A stretch of DNA of 64,000 bases from a bacterium (GCA_035400585.1 DAOMZR010000002.1:15364-79363), one strand, 5' to 3'. Positions 1-10,321 are shown, counted from the first letter of the stretch. Numbers and translations: made by a program. The notes: a model not told the origin generated them from the sequence alone.

Positions 1-1
1 A

Positions 2-988
2 ATAGCCAAAGAAACACTAGAGATATACGCGCCTATAGCCGGACTACTTGGTATCTGGCGTTTAAAATGGCAAATGGAAGATATTTGTTTTAAATATCTT
101 TACCCCAACGAATATAAAAAAATAGAGTATAAATATGAAATAGAAAAAAAAGCCGAAAGAAATCAGTTTTTTAATAGAGTTAAAAACCGCCTAGAAGAAG
201 ATTTAAAAAAACTTAATATTGAATATGAAATAACCGCTCGCTTTAAACATCTTTATAGTATATGGCAAAAAATGCAAAGAAAAGATAGAAAATTTGATGA
301 AATTTATGATGTATTTGCCTTAAGAGTGGTGGTTAATAATATTGAAGATTGTTATAAAATCTTAGGAGTAATTCATTCAATTTGGAAACCAATATCAAGA
401 AGATTTAAAGATTATATTGCCATACCAAAACCTAATGGTTATAGAAGTTTGCACACTACGATCATTGGACCCGAAGGTAAGGCTACCGAATTTCAAATTA
501 AAACCAAAGAAATGCATGAAGAGTCTTTGTATGGAATAGCTTCCCATTGGAGCTATAAAAGTGAAAGTCGAGATTATAGTAAGCCCAACTGGATAAAAGA
601 AATATTGGAAATACAAAAAGAAAATCAAGATACGGAAAAATTTATTCAGGAAATAAAAACCAATATATTTCAAGACAGAATTTTTGTCTTTTCTCCTAAG
701 GGCGATGTTATTGAATTACCAGAAAAATCAACTCCAATAGATTTTGCTTATGCCATTCATACCGACATCGGGAACAAAGCCTCTGGCGTTTTAATAAATG
801 AGAAAATTAGTATTTTAAGCCAAGAATTAAAAAATGGTGATGTAGTTGAAATTATAATTGAAAAAAACAGAAAAGGGCCGAATATTCAATGGTTGGATTT
901 TGCCAAAACCAGACATGCTCGAGATAGAATCAAACAATATTCACAATCCAGCCCATTATATAAGTTCAAAAACATATTTAAAAAATAA
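2..988 (+). CDS. rel: RelA/SpoT-family (p)ppGpp synthetase/hydrolase, 5' end cut by window edge; ends shortly after the TGS domain
   Basis: Frame is open from base 2 (IAKETLEIYAPIAGLLGIWRLKWQMEDICFKYL). Synthetase-domain text RFKHLYSIWQKMQRKDRKFDEIYDVFALRVVV..GYRSLHTTI. TGS-like IFVFSPKGDVIELPEKSTPIDFAYAIHTDIGNK. Stop at 986-988. Confidence 0.9.
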   Translation: MAKETLEIYAPIAGLLGIWRLKWQMEDICFKYLYPNEYKKIEYKYEIEKKAERNQFFNRVKNRLEEDLKKLNIEYEITARFKHLYSIWQKMQRKDRKFDEIYDVFALRVVVNNIEDCYKILGVIHSIWKPISRRFKDYIAIPKPNGYRSLHTTIIGPEGKATEFQIKTKEMHEESLYGIASHWSYKSESRDYSKPNWIKEILEIQKENQDTEKFIQEIKTNIFQDRIFVFSPKGDVIELPEKSTPIDFAYAIHTDIGNKASGVLINEKISILSQELKNGDVVEIIIEKNRKGPNIQWLDFAKTRHARDRIKQYSQSSPLYKFKNIFKK

Positions 989-992
989 AAAA

Positions 993-1019
993 AGAAGGCC
1001 AATCGGCCCTCTTTTTTTA
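993..1019. terminator. Bidirectional hairpin terminator between rel (+) and rpsU (-)
   Basis: agaaggcc-aatc-ggccctct (one mismatch), flanked by an A-run upstream and a T-run downstream, so it reads as hairpin+U-run on both strands. Confidence 0.6.
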
Positions 1020-1250
1020 TTTGATTTTTTTACCTTCTTCTAATTTACCTGTTTTTCTTAAAATCTCGTATTTCTTACCTAAACCAATTTTGGCTAAAGC
1101 AGATTTTTTCAATTGAATTTTTGTTTTTTTCTTAGTAAAAGTTTGTTTGCCTCTAAAAGTTTCTAATCTTTTATTATTTTTTAAACCGCTTTTAAAACGT
1201 CTTAAAAAAGCCTCAAAACTTTCTCCCTTTTTTCTTTTTAAATCAGCCAT
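1017..1250 (-). CDS. rpsU: 30S ribosomal protein S21
   Basis: 77-aa very basic protein with GESFEAFLRRFKSGL, resembling the S21 E-S-x-x-x-ALRRFKR core. Confidence 0.7.
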   Translation of the reverse strand: MADLKRKKGESFEAFLRRFKSGLKNNKRLETFRGKQTFTKKKTKIQLKKSALAKIGLGKKYEILRKTGKLEEGKKIK

Positions 1251-1302
1251 ATAATACCCCCCCTTCTATTTTATTAATTTTATTAGTGAATTAATTATAA
1301 CA

Positions 1303-2670
1303 CTACTTAATATTTTTTTCAAGTCTAGAAATAAGATCCTTTTGAGCGATTATTTCTTGAACCCCAGAATCAGTATCTCTAAATAGAATTGTTTCATCGG
1401 CTAGCTCTTTTTTGCCTAATATTAGAACAATATTGGCTTTATAACTCTTTGCTTCTTCCATTTGACCCTTTAAATCATCCAAGTGAAAAGCTTGAAAAAC
1501 ATTAAAACCTCTTTTTAGAAGATCTTTGAATAAAAACATGGCTTTAATTTTTGATTGTCCATCTATCTGGGCCAAAAAGATAACATCGTTTCTGTTTTCT
1601 TCAACCAACTGATTGTTTTCTCTGGATTTGATAAGCATTCTTTCAATACCACCATTAAAGCTCAAGAAAGGCAGATCTCTTCCAGTCAAATTGTTAAATA
1701 AATTATCATATCTTCCACCTCTGCCAAGAGATATTTTATTATTTAATTCTCCGCTTTTATCTACTGGCCAAACCTCAAATATTAAATCGTTGTATGAACC
1801 CAAATCTTTAATCAAGTATGGATTAAAATTATAATTGACATCCATTTCATCTAAAAATTCCAAAGTTTTGTAAAAACGAGAATTGCTTTCTTCTGATAAA
1901 AAATTAATTATTTGGGGCATTTCATTTCGCAAATCCAAACATGATTCTTCCTGACATTCCAACAATAATGCTGGATTTTTAGACAAATTCTTTTTACACT
2001 CTGGACATAGCTTATTCTTTTTACCACGTTCTTTAAAAGCCTTAACAAATTTTGATAAAAACTCTTTCTGACAAATTGAGTCACCAAGGCTGTTGATTTG
2101 AATTTGAACATCAATTTGCAATTCTTTAAAAATATTATAAACCAAAAAAATTAAGAAGGCATCAGAAGAAGGTTTAATATCATTAAAAATACTGAAATTA
2201 AACTGAGTAAACTGTCTATAAACACCACCCCTAACTTTTTCCTGCCTAAAAACCGGACCAACTGAGAAAAATTTTGAAGGTCTTTCTTGTGTGTTTAAAA
2301 TATTATGCTCAACCAAGGCTCTGGCCATTCCATGAACCAAGTCTGGTCTTAAACAATTTTTCTCTCCACCTTTTTGTTCTATTAAAAATAAATTGTTTAA
2401 TTTATTTTTATCTAAAACCTTTTTATATAGAGGAAAACCTTCAATAACTGGAGTTTCTATTTTATTAAAACCATAACAATGGGCAAAATCTTCTATTTTT
2501 TTAACAATTGGACCAAGAAATTTGTAATCAACCGGCAAAATATCTTTCATTCCCAAAAGTCTTTGAAAGTTTTTATTAGAAGGAATTTTTTCTTTAACAT
2601 TTCTATTATTATTCTTAGAAATCTTTCTAACAAAAGAAATTTTTTTCTCACCTTTTTTTCGTCTGCCCAT
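1303..2670 (-). CDS. hisS: Histidyl-tRNA synthetase with ~30-aa basic N-terminal extension
   Basis: GMKDILPVDY start motif, motif 2 FRQEKVRGGVYRQFTQFNF, motif 3 GGGRYDNL, Cys-containing insertion (CPEC..LLECQ) as in bacterial HisRS. Confidence 0.9.
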   Translation of the reverse strand: MGRRKKGEKKISFVRKISKNNNRNVKEKIPSNKNFQRLLGMKDILPVDYKFLGPIVKKIEDFAHCYGFNKIETPVIEGFPLYKKVLDKNKLNNLFLIEQKGGEKNCLRPDLVHGMARALVEHNILNTQERPSKFFSVGPVFRQEKVRGGVYRQFTQFNFSIFNDIKPSSDAFLIFLVYNIFKELQIDVQIQINSLGDSICQKEFLSKFVKAFKERGKKNKLCPECKKNLSKNPALLLECQEESCLDLRNEMPQIINFLSEESNSRFYKTLEFLDEMDVNYNFNPYLIKDLGSYNDLIFEVWPVDKSGELNNKISLGRGGRYDNLFNNLTGRDLPFLSFNGGIERMLIKSRENNQLVEENRNDVIFLAQIDGQSKIKAMFLFKDLLKRGFNVFQAFHLDDLKGQMEEAKSYKANIVLILGKKELADETILFRDTDSGVQEIIAQKDLISRLEKNIK

Positions 2671-2680
2671 ATTTTTAAAT

Positions 2681-3238
2681 TTAATTATTATAATAGTTTA
2701 AATTATTAAAAAAAGTGAAATCTCTGAAAGGCCAAGCTCTAAGCATAACCTTTCCAACTAAAAAACTTTTGTTTACTGGGCCAAAACTACGAGAATCCAT
2801 AGAAGCATGGCGATTATCCCCTAAAACAAAATATTCGCTTTCTCCAACGCTTATCGGCCCCTCCTCCAAATTATAGGTTTTGACGCTTTTATCTAAATAT
2901 AAAGATTCATTAAGAATAAAACCGTCTGGATTTTCATCGTTAAATACATAAATGTCGCCATCAATAATTTCAACGGTTTCGTTTGGTAAAGCTATTATTC
3001 TTTTTATAAAATATTCCTTAGGATTTAAAGGATATCTAAAAACAACCGCCTCACCTCTTTGCGGTTCGTTAAATCTGTAAGATATTTCATCAATTATCAG
3101 ATACTCATGATCATGAAAATTGGGCTCCATTGAAGCTCCTTTAACATAAAAAGGTTGAATTATAAAATATCTAATTGGCAATATTATTAAAAGCGAAACA
3201 AATACTACTTTCAAAAAATAAAAAATGTTTCTTAACAT
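2681..3238 (-). CDS. lepB: Signal peptidase I
   Basis: N-terminal TM, catalytic GASMEPNF (Ser box), GDNRHASMDSR box. Confidence 0.9.
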   Translation of the reverse strand: MLRNIFYFLKVVFVSLLIILPIRYFIIQPFYVKGASMEPNFHDHEYLIIDEISYRFNEPQRGEAVVFRYPLNPKEYFIKRIIALPNETVEIIDGDIYVFNDENPDGFILNESLYLDKSVKTYNLEEGPISVGESEYFVLGDNRHASMDSRSFGPVNKSFLVGKVMLRAWPFRDFTFFNNLNYYNN

Positions 3239-3289
3239 AAATTATTGTTTTAATATATAACTAGAATCTAGCAGAAAAACTGCTAAAAA

Positions 3290-4354
3290 TCAAATTATGA
3301 ACATGGCATCACCGTAACTAAAAAAACGATATTTCAAATTAACAGCCTCTTGATACAAACTTAAAGTCTTCTCACGGCCAATTAAAGCGCTAATTAAAAG
3401 AAGCAAGCTTGATTTAGGAAGATGAAAATTAGTAATCAAACAATCAACAATTTTAAATTTATAACCCGGATAAATAAAAATGTCAGTAAAAAATCTCAAA
3501 TCGCCCCCATCATATTCTTCTATCTCGCCATCCTCTCTAAACTTTAAAAAAGTTGCTAAACTTTCCAAAATCCGACAAGAAGTGGTGCCAACAGCTATAA
3601 TCCTTTTGCCTTTGTTTTTGTTTTTAATTATAGAATTTATTGTTTGAGCTGATATTTCTATCTCTTCACTGTGCATTTTGTGTTCTAAAATATTTTCCGT
3701 TTTTATTGGCCAAAAGGTTCCCAGGCCAACATGCAAACTAGCTTCTAAAATTTTTATTCCCCTTTTTTCTATTTTTTGCAAAAGTTCTTCAGTAAAATGA
3801 AGGCCAGCTGTTGGGGCAGCCGAGGAACCAATTTTCTCATCTTTAGCATAAACAGTCTGATAATTTAAGTTGTCACTATCATCTTTTTTTTCTCTTTTGA
3901 TATAAGGCGGCAAAGGAACCTGTCCAATATTTTCCAACCTCTTAATAAAATCGGAGTAATTATCATTAAATTTAACTGAAAAAATATTATCTTCTTTATC
4001 TAATATTTCGGCCAAAAAATTTCCTGCAAAAAATAACTTAGAGCCAATCACAACCTTGCCACCAACTAAACATTGCCAAATGTTATTATTTTTATCTGTT
4101 GTTTTTAACAAAAATATTTCTATTTTTCCGCCACTTTCTTTGTTTAGTAGAATCCTAGCTTTAAAAACTTTAGAATTATTAACAAACAATAAATCGTCTG
4201 GTCTTAAAAAATCAACTATATTATAAAAATAAGAATGTTCAATTTTATCATTTTGACGATTATAAATTAAAAGGCGGGAACTATCCCGCGGATCAACTGG
4301 CTTTTGAGCTATTAGCTCCTTTGGTAAATTATAATTAAAATCTGATAAATTCAT
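3290..4354 (-). CDS. queA: S-adenosylmethionine:tRNA ribosyltransferase-isomerase
   Basis: [30 protein letters not shown]-terminus, GTTSCR motif. 4-nt overlap with ruvB stop (ruvB-queA order is classical). Confidence 0.9.
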   Translation of the reverse strand: MNLSDFNYNLPKELIAQKPVDPRDSSRLLIYNRQNDKIEHSYFYNIVDFLRPDDLLFVNNSKVFKARILLNKESGGKIEIFLLKTTDKNNNIWQCLVGGKVVIGSKLFFAGNFLAEILDKEDNIFSVKFNDNYSDFIKRLENIGQVPLPPYIKREKKDDSDNLNYQTVYAKDEKIGSSAAPTAGLHFTEELLQKIEKRGIKILEASLHVGLGTFWPIKTENILEHKMHSEEIEISAQTINSIIKNKNKGKRIIAVGTTSCRILESLATFLKFREDGEIEEYDGGDLRFFTDIFIYPGYKFKIVDCLITNFHLPKSSLLLLISALIGREKTLSLYQEAVNLKYRFFSYGDAMFII

Positions 4355-5364
4355 ATTTTTTTCTTTTCAAAACCTAAATGACCAAAAGCGGAGTCAGTGG
4401 CCACCCTTCCTCGAGAGGATCTATCTAAAAATCCAAGTTGCATTAAATAGGGCTCATAGACATCTTCAATTGTTGCCATATCTTCACCAGTGGCTGCTGC
4501 TAAAGTATTTAAACCAACCGGGCCACCACCAAATTTATCAATTATAGTTTTTAGAATTTTACGATCAACGTGATCCAGTCCGTATTTGTCAACATTTAAA
4601 ATTTCAAAAGATTTTAAACAAATTTCTTTATCAATAATTCCATCTCCCTCAACTAAAGAAAAATCGCGGACCCTTTTTAGCAACCTGTTGGCAATCCTAG
4701 GTGTTCGACGAGATCTTTCAGCAATCAAATGACCGGCCTCATCATCTATTTCAACTCCTAAAATACCAGAGCTTCTTTTAATAATTTGCTGAATATGATT
4801 ATTTTCATAAAAATCTAAATGATGAACAATGCCAAAACGATCCCTTAAGGGAGCTGACAACATGCTAGCCTTAGTGGTTGCACCAATTATGGTAAATTTA
4901 GGCAAATCAATTCTTATATTTCTAGCACCAGAACCTTTGCCCATAACCAAATCTAAGGCAAAATCTTCCATAGCTGGATATAGCACCTCTTCAACTGTTT
5001 TATTTAGTCTATGTATTTCATCAATAAACAAAATATCTCCCTCATTTAAATTACTTAAAATAGCTGCCAAATCGCCACTTCTTTCTATGGCTGGCCCAGA
5101 AGTTATTTTAATGGTAGCACCCATTTCATTAGAAATGACATGGGCCAAGGTTGTTTTTCCTAAACCAGGCGCTCCATAAAACAAAACATGATCTATTGGC
5201 TCTGATCTCTTAGAGGCTGCCTTAATACTAATTTGTAAATTAGTTTTAATATTATCTTGACCAATATAATCAGAAAAAGTCTTTGGTCTCAAACTGAGAT
5301 CAAAATTTTTATCATCGTTTACACTTTCTGTCGGACTAATTATTCTTTCTTCGTTTTTACTCAT
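4351..5364 (-). CDS. ruvB: Holliday junction branch migration helicase RuvB
   Basis: [12 protein letters not shown], Walker [33 protein letters not shown] track starts at 5394, but the internal ATG at 5364 (MSKNEE..) avoids a hydrophobic 10-aa prefix. Confidence 0.9.
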   Translation of the reverse strand: MSKNEERIISPTESVNDDKNFDLSLRPKTFSDYIGQDNIKTNLQISIKAASKRSEPIDHVLFYGAPGLGKTTLAHVISNEMGATIKITSGPAIERSGDLAAILSNLNEGDILFIDEIHRLNKTVEEVLYPAMEDFALDLVMGKGSGARNIRIDLPKFTIIGATTKASMLSAPLRDRFGIVHHLDFYENNHIQQIIKRSSGILGVEIDDEAGHLIAERSRRTPRIANRLLKRVRDFSLVEGDGIIDKEICLKSFEILNVDKYGLDHVDRKILKTIIDKFGGGPVGLNTLAAATGEDMATIEDVYEPYLMQLGFLDRSSRGRVATDSAFGHLGFEKKKI

Positions 5365-5428
5365 AAAATAAATAATACAAGTAAATAATATCATTTTGAT
5401 AATAAAAAATCAATTCAATAATAAAAAA

Positions 5429-6397
5429 TTAAGCAGAATTTACTGGAATTCTAATTATAAATTTAGCTCCCCGCCCAAGATCACTTTTAACCTTTATTCT
5501 GCCCGAAAAATCTCTTTCCACGATTCTTTTGCAAGAGAAAAGGCCTAGACCACAATTTATATTATTATCTTTGTTTGTTTTTGAAGAAAAAAAAGGATCA
5601 AAAATAGAGCTTAAATCTTTTAAATCAATTCCAATCCCATTATCTTTAAAAATTAAATAAATAAAATCGTTATTCTTAAAAAGTTTTATATTTATCTTTC
5701 TGGAAGACCCAATTTTTTTCTGCTTTAAAGAATCAATTGAGTTGCTTATCAAATTAATAATTAACTGGGAAAACTTTACTTTACTAGAAAACAAAAAAAG
5801 ATTGTCTTCTAAAATCAATTTTATTTTAATGCTATATTTTGTAAAATAAAAATTAAAAAGCATTAGACAATTTTTTATTTCTTCAGAAATTTTAAAATTA
5901 TCCAATCTCATTTTTTGTTTATATTGATCTCTTAAAAAAGAAACCAAGGAAAAAGCCTTGGTTGATATATCAACTAAATCTCGATGAACATTTTCACTAT
6001 TATTCAATTCATTTTTTTGATCAATTATCTTAGCTTTTAATTGCCCAAGCGATAAATTGAGAGCGGTTAAAATATTAGATAAGTCGTGATAAATTCCAAA
6101 AGAAATTTTATTAATTTCTATAATATTATAATGGTCAGTCATTTTATCAAGACAGGTTTTTATTTTAAAAGAAAATTCTTTTTTCTTTTTAAAAAAAGCC
6201 TTTTGTTCTCTTCTAATTTTTGTCGACAAGTGAAAAATAATAAAATTTATAAAAACAAAAGAAATTAACCACCAAAAAACAAAAAAAACTAATGTTGACC
6301 TAGAATAAACAACTCCACACAAAAACAAACCAAAAAACATTACAAAACTCAACAAAAAAACAAACAAATATTTCCTGTATTTTATTATACGATTCAT
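5429..6397 (-). CDS. Membrane sensor histidine kinase (HisKA + HATPase_c), no adjacent response regulator
   Basis: Two N-terminal TM helices, H-box-like FGIYHDLSNIL, N-box LINLISNSIDS, G-boxes DNGIGI and GLGLFSCKRIV. Confidence 0.8.
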   Translation of the reverse strand: MNRIIKYRKYLFVFLLSFVMFFGLFLCGVVYSRSTLVFFVFWWLISFVFINFIIFHLSTKIRREQKAFFKKKKEFSFKIKTCLDKMTDHYNIIEINKISFGIYHDLSNILTALNLSLGQLKAKIIDQKNELNNSENVHRDLVDISTKAFSLVSFLRDQYKQKMRLDNFKISEEIKNCLMLFNFYFTKYSIKIKLILEDNLFLFSSKVKFSQLIINLISNSIDSLKQKKIGSSRKINIKLFKNNDFIYLIFKDNGIGIDLKDLSSIFDPFFSSKTNKDNNINCGLGLFSCKRIVERDFSGRIKVKSDLGRGAKFIIRIPVNSA

Positions 6398-6473
6398 TTC
6401 ACTAAATTTATTTTATTTCAAGAAATAATATAAAATAAAAATTATAAACAAAGCTTAAATAAAAAATAAAAAA

Positions 6474-7754
6474 TTAAATTTTTTTTCTTAAGTCTAATCT
6501 AAATATTTTCCCTGGTATTATTTTTTTATTTTCAATAGAAAATTTCTTGGGCTCAAAAGAATAATCAAAATAATATTGACTTTTACCTTTAACATTTATT
6601 CCGTCATTATCTTCTACTAAAACATCAACGAAGTGGCTATTTTTTAAAATATTTTTAAACTGATTATCTTCTGTTTTTTGAGAAAGCTCTCTCATTCTCT
6701 TTGATCTTTTTTTAATAACTTCTTCTGAGTTCCTATCAGGAAAAGAAAAGGCTCTAGCTTTTTCATGGGCGGAAAAAGAAAAAACATGAATTTTATCAAA
6801 AGAAATTTTTTTACAAAAATTATAAGAATCGCTGAAGTCTTTATCGTTTTCTCCAGGAAAACCAACAATAAGATCAGTAGAAATAGAAACCAAAGGAATT
6901 GTTTCTCTTATTTTGTTGATTCTTTCTGAAAAATAAGAAAGATTGTAAGGACGATTCATTAATTTTAGCACCTTGTCACTACCAGCTTGTAGTGGTATAT
7001 GAAAATGGGGACAGATTTTATTGTTGGAGTTTACAACCAAATCTAAAATATCATCATTTAATTCATTAACCTCTATAGAGCTAAGCCTTATTCTGCCTAA
7101 ATTTTTAATTTTTATTATCTTTTTAAGTAAATAAAATAAATCAATCTTTTGACCCTCAAAATCACGACCATAGAGACCTAAGTGAATGCCAGACAAAACT
7201 ATTTCCTGATAACCAGCCAAAATTGCCTTTTCAATTTCGGCTAAAACATCTTTTACCTTTTTACTTTTGAGTGGCCCACGAGAAAATGGAATGACACAAT
7301 AGGAACAAAATTGTTCACAACCATCCTGTATTTTTATAAAATATCTGTGACGTTCTCCTATTAAATTTAAATTTTTGTTTTTTTCCGAACAACTCACAGA
7401 ACTCTCTTTAGGAAAAAAATTTTTTTCTATTTCTTTTAATAAACTCTTCCAATTTTCACTTTTTCCCGACCAAATAAGATCAACTTGATTATAATTTAAG
7501 CTTTGATAAACTCTGGGCCAGCAACCAATTAAAATTATTTTGGCATTAGCATTATTTCTTTTAACGAAATTAACTATTTTCTTTGCTTTATGAATGGCAA
7601 TTTTGGTAACCGAACAAGAATTAATAATAATAAAATTTGGTTTATTTTCTTGATATTTAAAACCAGAGTTGATTAAAAAATTCTTCAAAGAGGCGGAATC
7701 ATATTGATTTATTTTACAACCCAAGGTGTATATTTTAAATTTTTTATTTAACAT
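6474..7754 (-). CDS. Radical-SAM methylthiotransferase (MtaB/MiaB family)
   Basis: UPF0004 N-domain KIYTLGCKINQYDS, radical SAM CEQFCSYC, family-typical length. Confidence 0.85.
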   Translation of the reverse strand: MLNKKFKIYTLGCKINQYDSASLKNFLINSGFKYQENKPNFIIINSCSVTKIAIHKAKKIVNFVKRNNANAKIILIGCWPRVYQSLNYNQVDLIWSGKSENWKSLLKEIEKNFFPKESSVSCSEKNKNLNLIGERHRYFIKIQDGCEQFCSYCVIPFSRGPLKSKKVKDVLAEIEKAILAGYQEIVLSGIHLGLYGRDFEGQKIDLFYLLKKIIKIKNLGRIRLSSIEVNELNDDILDLVVNSNNKICPHFHIPLQAGSDKVLKLMNRPYNLSYFSERINKIRETIPLVSISTDLIVGFPGENDKDFSDSYNFCKKISFDKIHVFSFSAHEKARAFSFPDRNSEEVIKKRSKRMRELSQKTEDNQFKNILKNSHFVDVLVEDNDGINVKGKSQYYFDYSFEPKKFSIENKKIIPGKIFRLDLRKKI

Positions 7755-7846
7755 AAGTCTATATTGAAATTATTTTTAATATAGTAAAAACAGAGCTAAA
7801 AGTAAAGAAAAAACAAAAAAACTAGAAAACAAATCTGGTTTTAATG

Positions 7847-7920
7847 AGCCGCCTGTCGGGTTCGAACCGACGACCTACTGTTTACAAGACAGTCGCTCTG
7901 GCCAACTGAGCTAAGGCGGC
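7847..7920 (-). tRNA. tRNA-Thr (anticodon TGT), CCA not encoded
   Basis: Reverse complement GCCGCCTTAGCTCAGTTGGCCAGAGCGACTGTCTTGTAAACAGTAGGTCGTCGGTTCGAACCCGACAGGCGGCT folds as a cloverleaf. Anticodon loop CTTGTAA, T-loop GGTTCGAAC. Confidence 0.9.
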
Positions 7921-7927
7921 TAAAGAG

Positions 7928-8000
7928 TGCGCCCAGCAGGATTCGAACCTGCGACCTTCTGCTTAAAAGGCAGCTGCTCTACCAACTGAGCTATGAGCGC
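7928..8000 (-). tRNA. tRNA-Lys (anticodon TTT), CCA not encoded
   Basis: Reverse complement GCGCTCATAGCTCAGTTGGTAGAGCAGCTGCCTTTTAAGCAGAAGGTCGCAGGTTCGAATCCTGCTGGGCGCA. Anticodon loop CTTTTAA. Confidence 0.9.
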
Positions 8001-8160
8001 AAACTATAAAAACAAAATAATATCATAAACCAGGCGATTTATGATTATTTTAATTATAAAGTAAAAAATAAGTTTTGGCAAGAGCAACAACTAAAGCACT
8101 AAAATTAATAAAAAGTGGAAAATAAGTTGAAAAAAACTGAATACTTCAATTATAATTATC

Positions 8161-8188
8161 TTGATAAAATACTATATTTTGCTATTAT
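8161..8188 (+). promoter_or_regulatory. Candidate sigma70-type promoter for dnaB
   Basis: TTGATA - 16 nt - (TGc)TATTAT with an extended -10 TG, ~30 nt upstream of the dnaB ATG. AT-rich background makes chance matches likely. Confidence 0.35.
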
Positions 8189-8216
8189 ATAATTATTCTA
8201 AAAATAAAATAAAAAA

Positions 8217-9599
8217 ATGCCAGAAAATAAACAAAATTCATCCCTAGAAAAAGTTCCGCCACAGAATATTGAAGCCGAACAATCTCTTTTAGGATGTCTT
8301 CTTTTAGATAAAGATGCCATATTCAAAACGGTCGACATTCTTCACGCCGATGATTTTTATTATAACAACCACAAACACATTTTCGAATCTATGGTTGAAT
8401 TGTTTAACGGACAAGAACCAATAGATATAATAACCCTTTCCAATAAATTAGAAGAAAAAAAATTAATTAATGAAATTGGAGGAAGAAGTTATTTGGCGCA
8501 ACTATCAAATACCGTGGCTACAGCTGCCAATGTAGCTTATTATGCTAATTTAATTCAGAAAAAAGCAACTTTAAGAAGACTTCAAATTTCTGCCAGTGAA
8601 ATAATGGATTTAAGTTTTGAAGAAGAGCGAGAAATAGATGAAGTTTTAGATCAAGCAGAAAAAAAAATATTTAGTGTTTCCAGAAAATTTTTAAAAAATT
8701 CATTTTTAGGGATAGAAAATTTATTAGCTGAAGCCTTTGAAAGAATTGATGAATTACATAAAAGAAGTGGGAATTTAAGAGGCTTATCAACTGGTTTTTA
8801 TGATTTAGATAATCTTTTGGCTGGTTTACAAAAATCAGATTTAATAATATTAGCCGCTAGACCCAGCGTTGGAAAAACATCTTTTGCTTTAGATATTGCC
8901 AGACAAGCAGCAACAAAAAATAAAGTTGGCGTTGGTCTTTTTTCTCTGGAAATGAGTAAAGAACAGTTGGTTGACAGAATGCTTTGCGCTCAAGCCAACG
9001 TAAATCTTTGGAAAATGAGAACCGGCAACCTTTCTGATCGAGAAGAAGATAATGATTTTCAGAAAATTGGGGAAGCTATGGGAGCTTTGTCAGAAGCACC
9101 AATCTATATCGACGATTCACCTAATTGCTCAGTTATGGAAATCAGGGCTAAAAGTCGTCGCCTACAATCAGAAAGAGGTTTAGGCTTAATAGTTATCGAC
9201 TATTTACAATTAATGGAGGGTCGTGGCAAATATGGCGATAATCGCGTTCAAGAAATATCAGAAATAAGCAGAGGCTTAAAAGGTATTGCCAGAGAATTAA
9301 ATGTCCCAGTTTTAGCTTTGGCTCAACTTTCTCGTGCCGCCGAACAACAAAGCGGGCCATCAATTCCTAAATTATCTCATCTAAGAGATTCTGGTTCGAT
9401 CGAACAAGATGCTGATGTTGTGATGTTTATTTACAGAAAGGCCGCCGATAGAGCCTTTAACATTCAAGAATTATCAATGGAAGAAAGATATAAAGCTGAA
9501 ATTCATATCGCCAAACACAGAAACGGTCCGACTGGAAAAGTTGATTTATTTTTCTCCGAAGAAACTGCTAGCTTTAAAAACCTAAGTAAAAAAGAATAA
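8217..9599 (+). CDS. dnaB: Replicative DNA helicase DnaB
   Basis: PPQNIEAEQSLLGCLLLD N-domain, Walker A ARPSVGKTSFAL, IVIDYLQLM, SQLSRA, RDSGSIEQDADVV. Confidence 0.95.
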   Translation: MPENKQNSSLEKVPPQNIEAEQSLLGCLLLDKDAIFKTVDILHADDFYYNNHKHIFESMVELFNGQEPIDIITLSNKLEEKKLINEIGGRSYLAQLSNTVATAANVAYYANLIQKKATLRRLQISASEIMDLSFEEEREIDEVLDQAEKKIFSVSRKFLKNSFLGIENLLAEAFERIDELHKRSGNLRGLSTGFYDLDNLLAGLQKSDLIILAARPSVGKTSFALDIARQAATKNKVGVGLFSLEMSKEQLVDRMLCAQANVNLWKMRTGNLSDREEDNDFQKIGEAMGALSEAPIYIDDSPNCSVMEIRAKSRRLQSERGLGLIVIDYLQLMEGRGKYGDNRVQEISEISRGLKGIARELNVPVLALAQLSRAAEQQSGPSIPKLSHLRDSGSIEQDADVVMFIYRKAADRAFNIQELSMEERYKAEIHIAKHRNGPTGKVDLFFSEETASFKNLSKKE

Positions 9600-9638
9600 A
9601 AAAAAATAAAATATTTTAAAAAAATAATTAAAAAAATT

Positions 9639-9914
9639 ATGTTTAACAAACTGAAACAACTAAAAGATTTGAGAAGTCAAGCTAAAACCATGCAAAATGC
9701 CTTAGCTGGAGAAAAAGTTGAAGTAGAAAAAAATGGTATAAAATTATCAATGAATGGCAACATGGAAGTTATGGATCTTGTTATAACCAGCGAATTAAGC
9801 AAAGAAGAAATTGCCAGAACCAGCAAAGAATTGTTTAACGATGCTATCAAAAAAACACAAAGAATAATGGCTAAAAAAATGCAAGAAATGGGTGGATTTC
9901 CTGGATTAAACTAG
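9639..9914 (+). CDS. ybaB: YbaB/EbfC-family nucleoid-associated protein
   Basis: 91 aa, MFNKLKQLKDLRSQAKTMQ..., size and context (upstream of recR) typical. Confidence 0.8.
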   Translation: MFNKLKQLKDLRSQAKTMQNALAGEKVEVEKNGIKLSMNGNMEVMDLVITSELSKEEIARTSKELFNDAIKKTQRIMAKKMQEMGGFPGLN

Positions 9915-9927
9915 CTGATAATAAAAA

Positions 9928-9948
9928 GCTCTCCCAAAAAAGGAGAGC
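9928..9948. terminator. Hairpin (gctctcc-caaaaaa-ggagagc) between ybaB and the antisense 89-aa ORF
   Basis: 7-bp GC-rich stem. On the minus strand it is followed by a T-run, fitting termination of the 9993-10262 ORF. Confidence 0.5.
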
Positions 9949-9992
9949 ATAAAAAACAAAATAAATAAACGGAGTGAAAAAAATAAAATGAA

Positions 9993-10262
9993 TTAGTTTT
10001 GATCCAACTCTAAATAATTGAACCTACTAACTTTATATTTTTTGCCCACTTTAAGTTTTAAAGTTTTCTCATAATACTCGCTGGTCATAAGCTTTAATTG
10101 TCTTGTTTGACTTGATCCAGTAAATTCTATTTTTGGTTTTGGCGACGAATTAAAAATTCTTTCCAAAAAAGAAACACCGGCTGGCCTACAAAAAGTGGCC
10201 GGAACAACAACTTCCCTGCCTTGGGAATTTTTCACAGCAACTGAAGAGATAACTTTATTCAT
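9993..10262 (-). CDS. Hypothetical 89-aa protein, antisense insert between ybaB and recR
   Basis: ORF with its own downstream hairpin+T-run. No recognisable motif. Confidence 0.45.
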   Translation of the reverse strand: MNKVISSVAVKNSQGREVVVPATFCRPAGVSFLERIFNSSPKPKIEFTGSSQTRQLKLMTSEYYEKTLKLKVGKKYKVSRFNYLELDQN

Positions 10263-10321
10263 AAAATATTTGATTGTTAAATTACGTTAGACTATTAAGA
10301 AAATACACTAATAAATAAAGA

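Noticed and set aside
858-1043. A 61-aa plus-strand ORF overlapping the rel 3' end and the terminator.
   Set aside because: It is an alternative frame of the TGS-domain region and runs through the bidirectional terminator. It has no supporting features.
4829-5179. Long antisense or alternative-frame ORFs inside well-supported genes: 395-673, 1613-1834, 4829-5179, 11047-11370, 14735-15028, 19444-19764, 31828-32163, 35122-35409, 47286-47645, 48201-48539, 50789-51241, 51392-51838, 53618-53875, 59295-59543, 60169-60465.
   Set aside because: Each lies fully within a gene that has strong family motifs on the other strand or frame. Their translations are low-complexity (S/L/F/K-rich) with no motifs. 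They are typical shadow ORFs.
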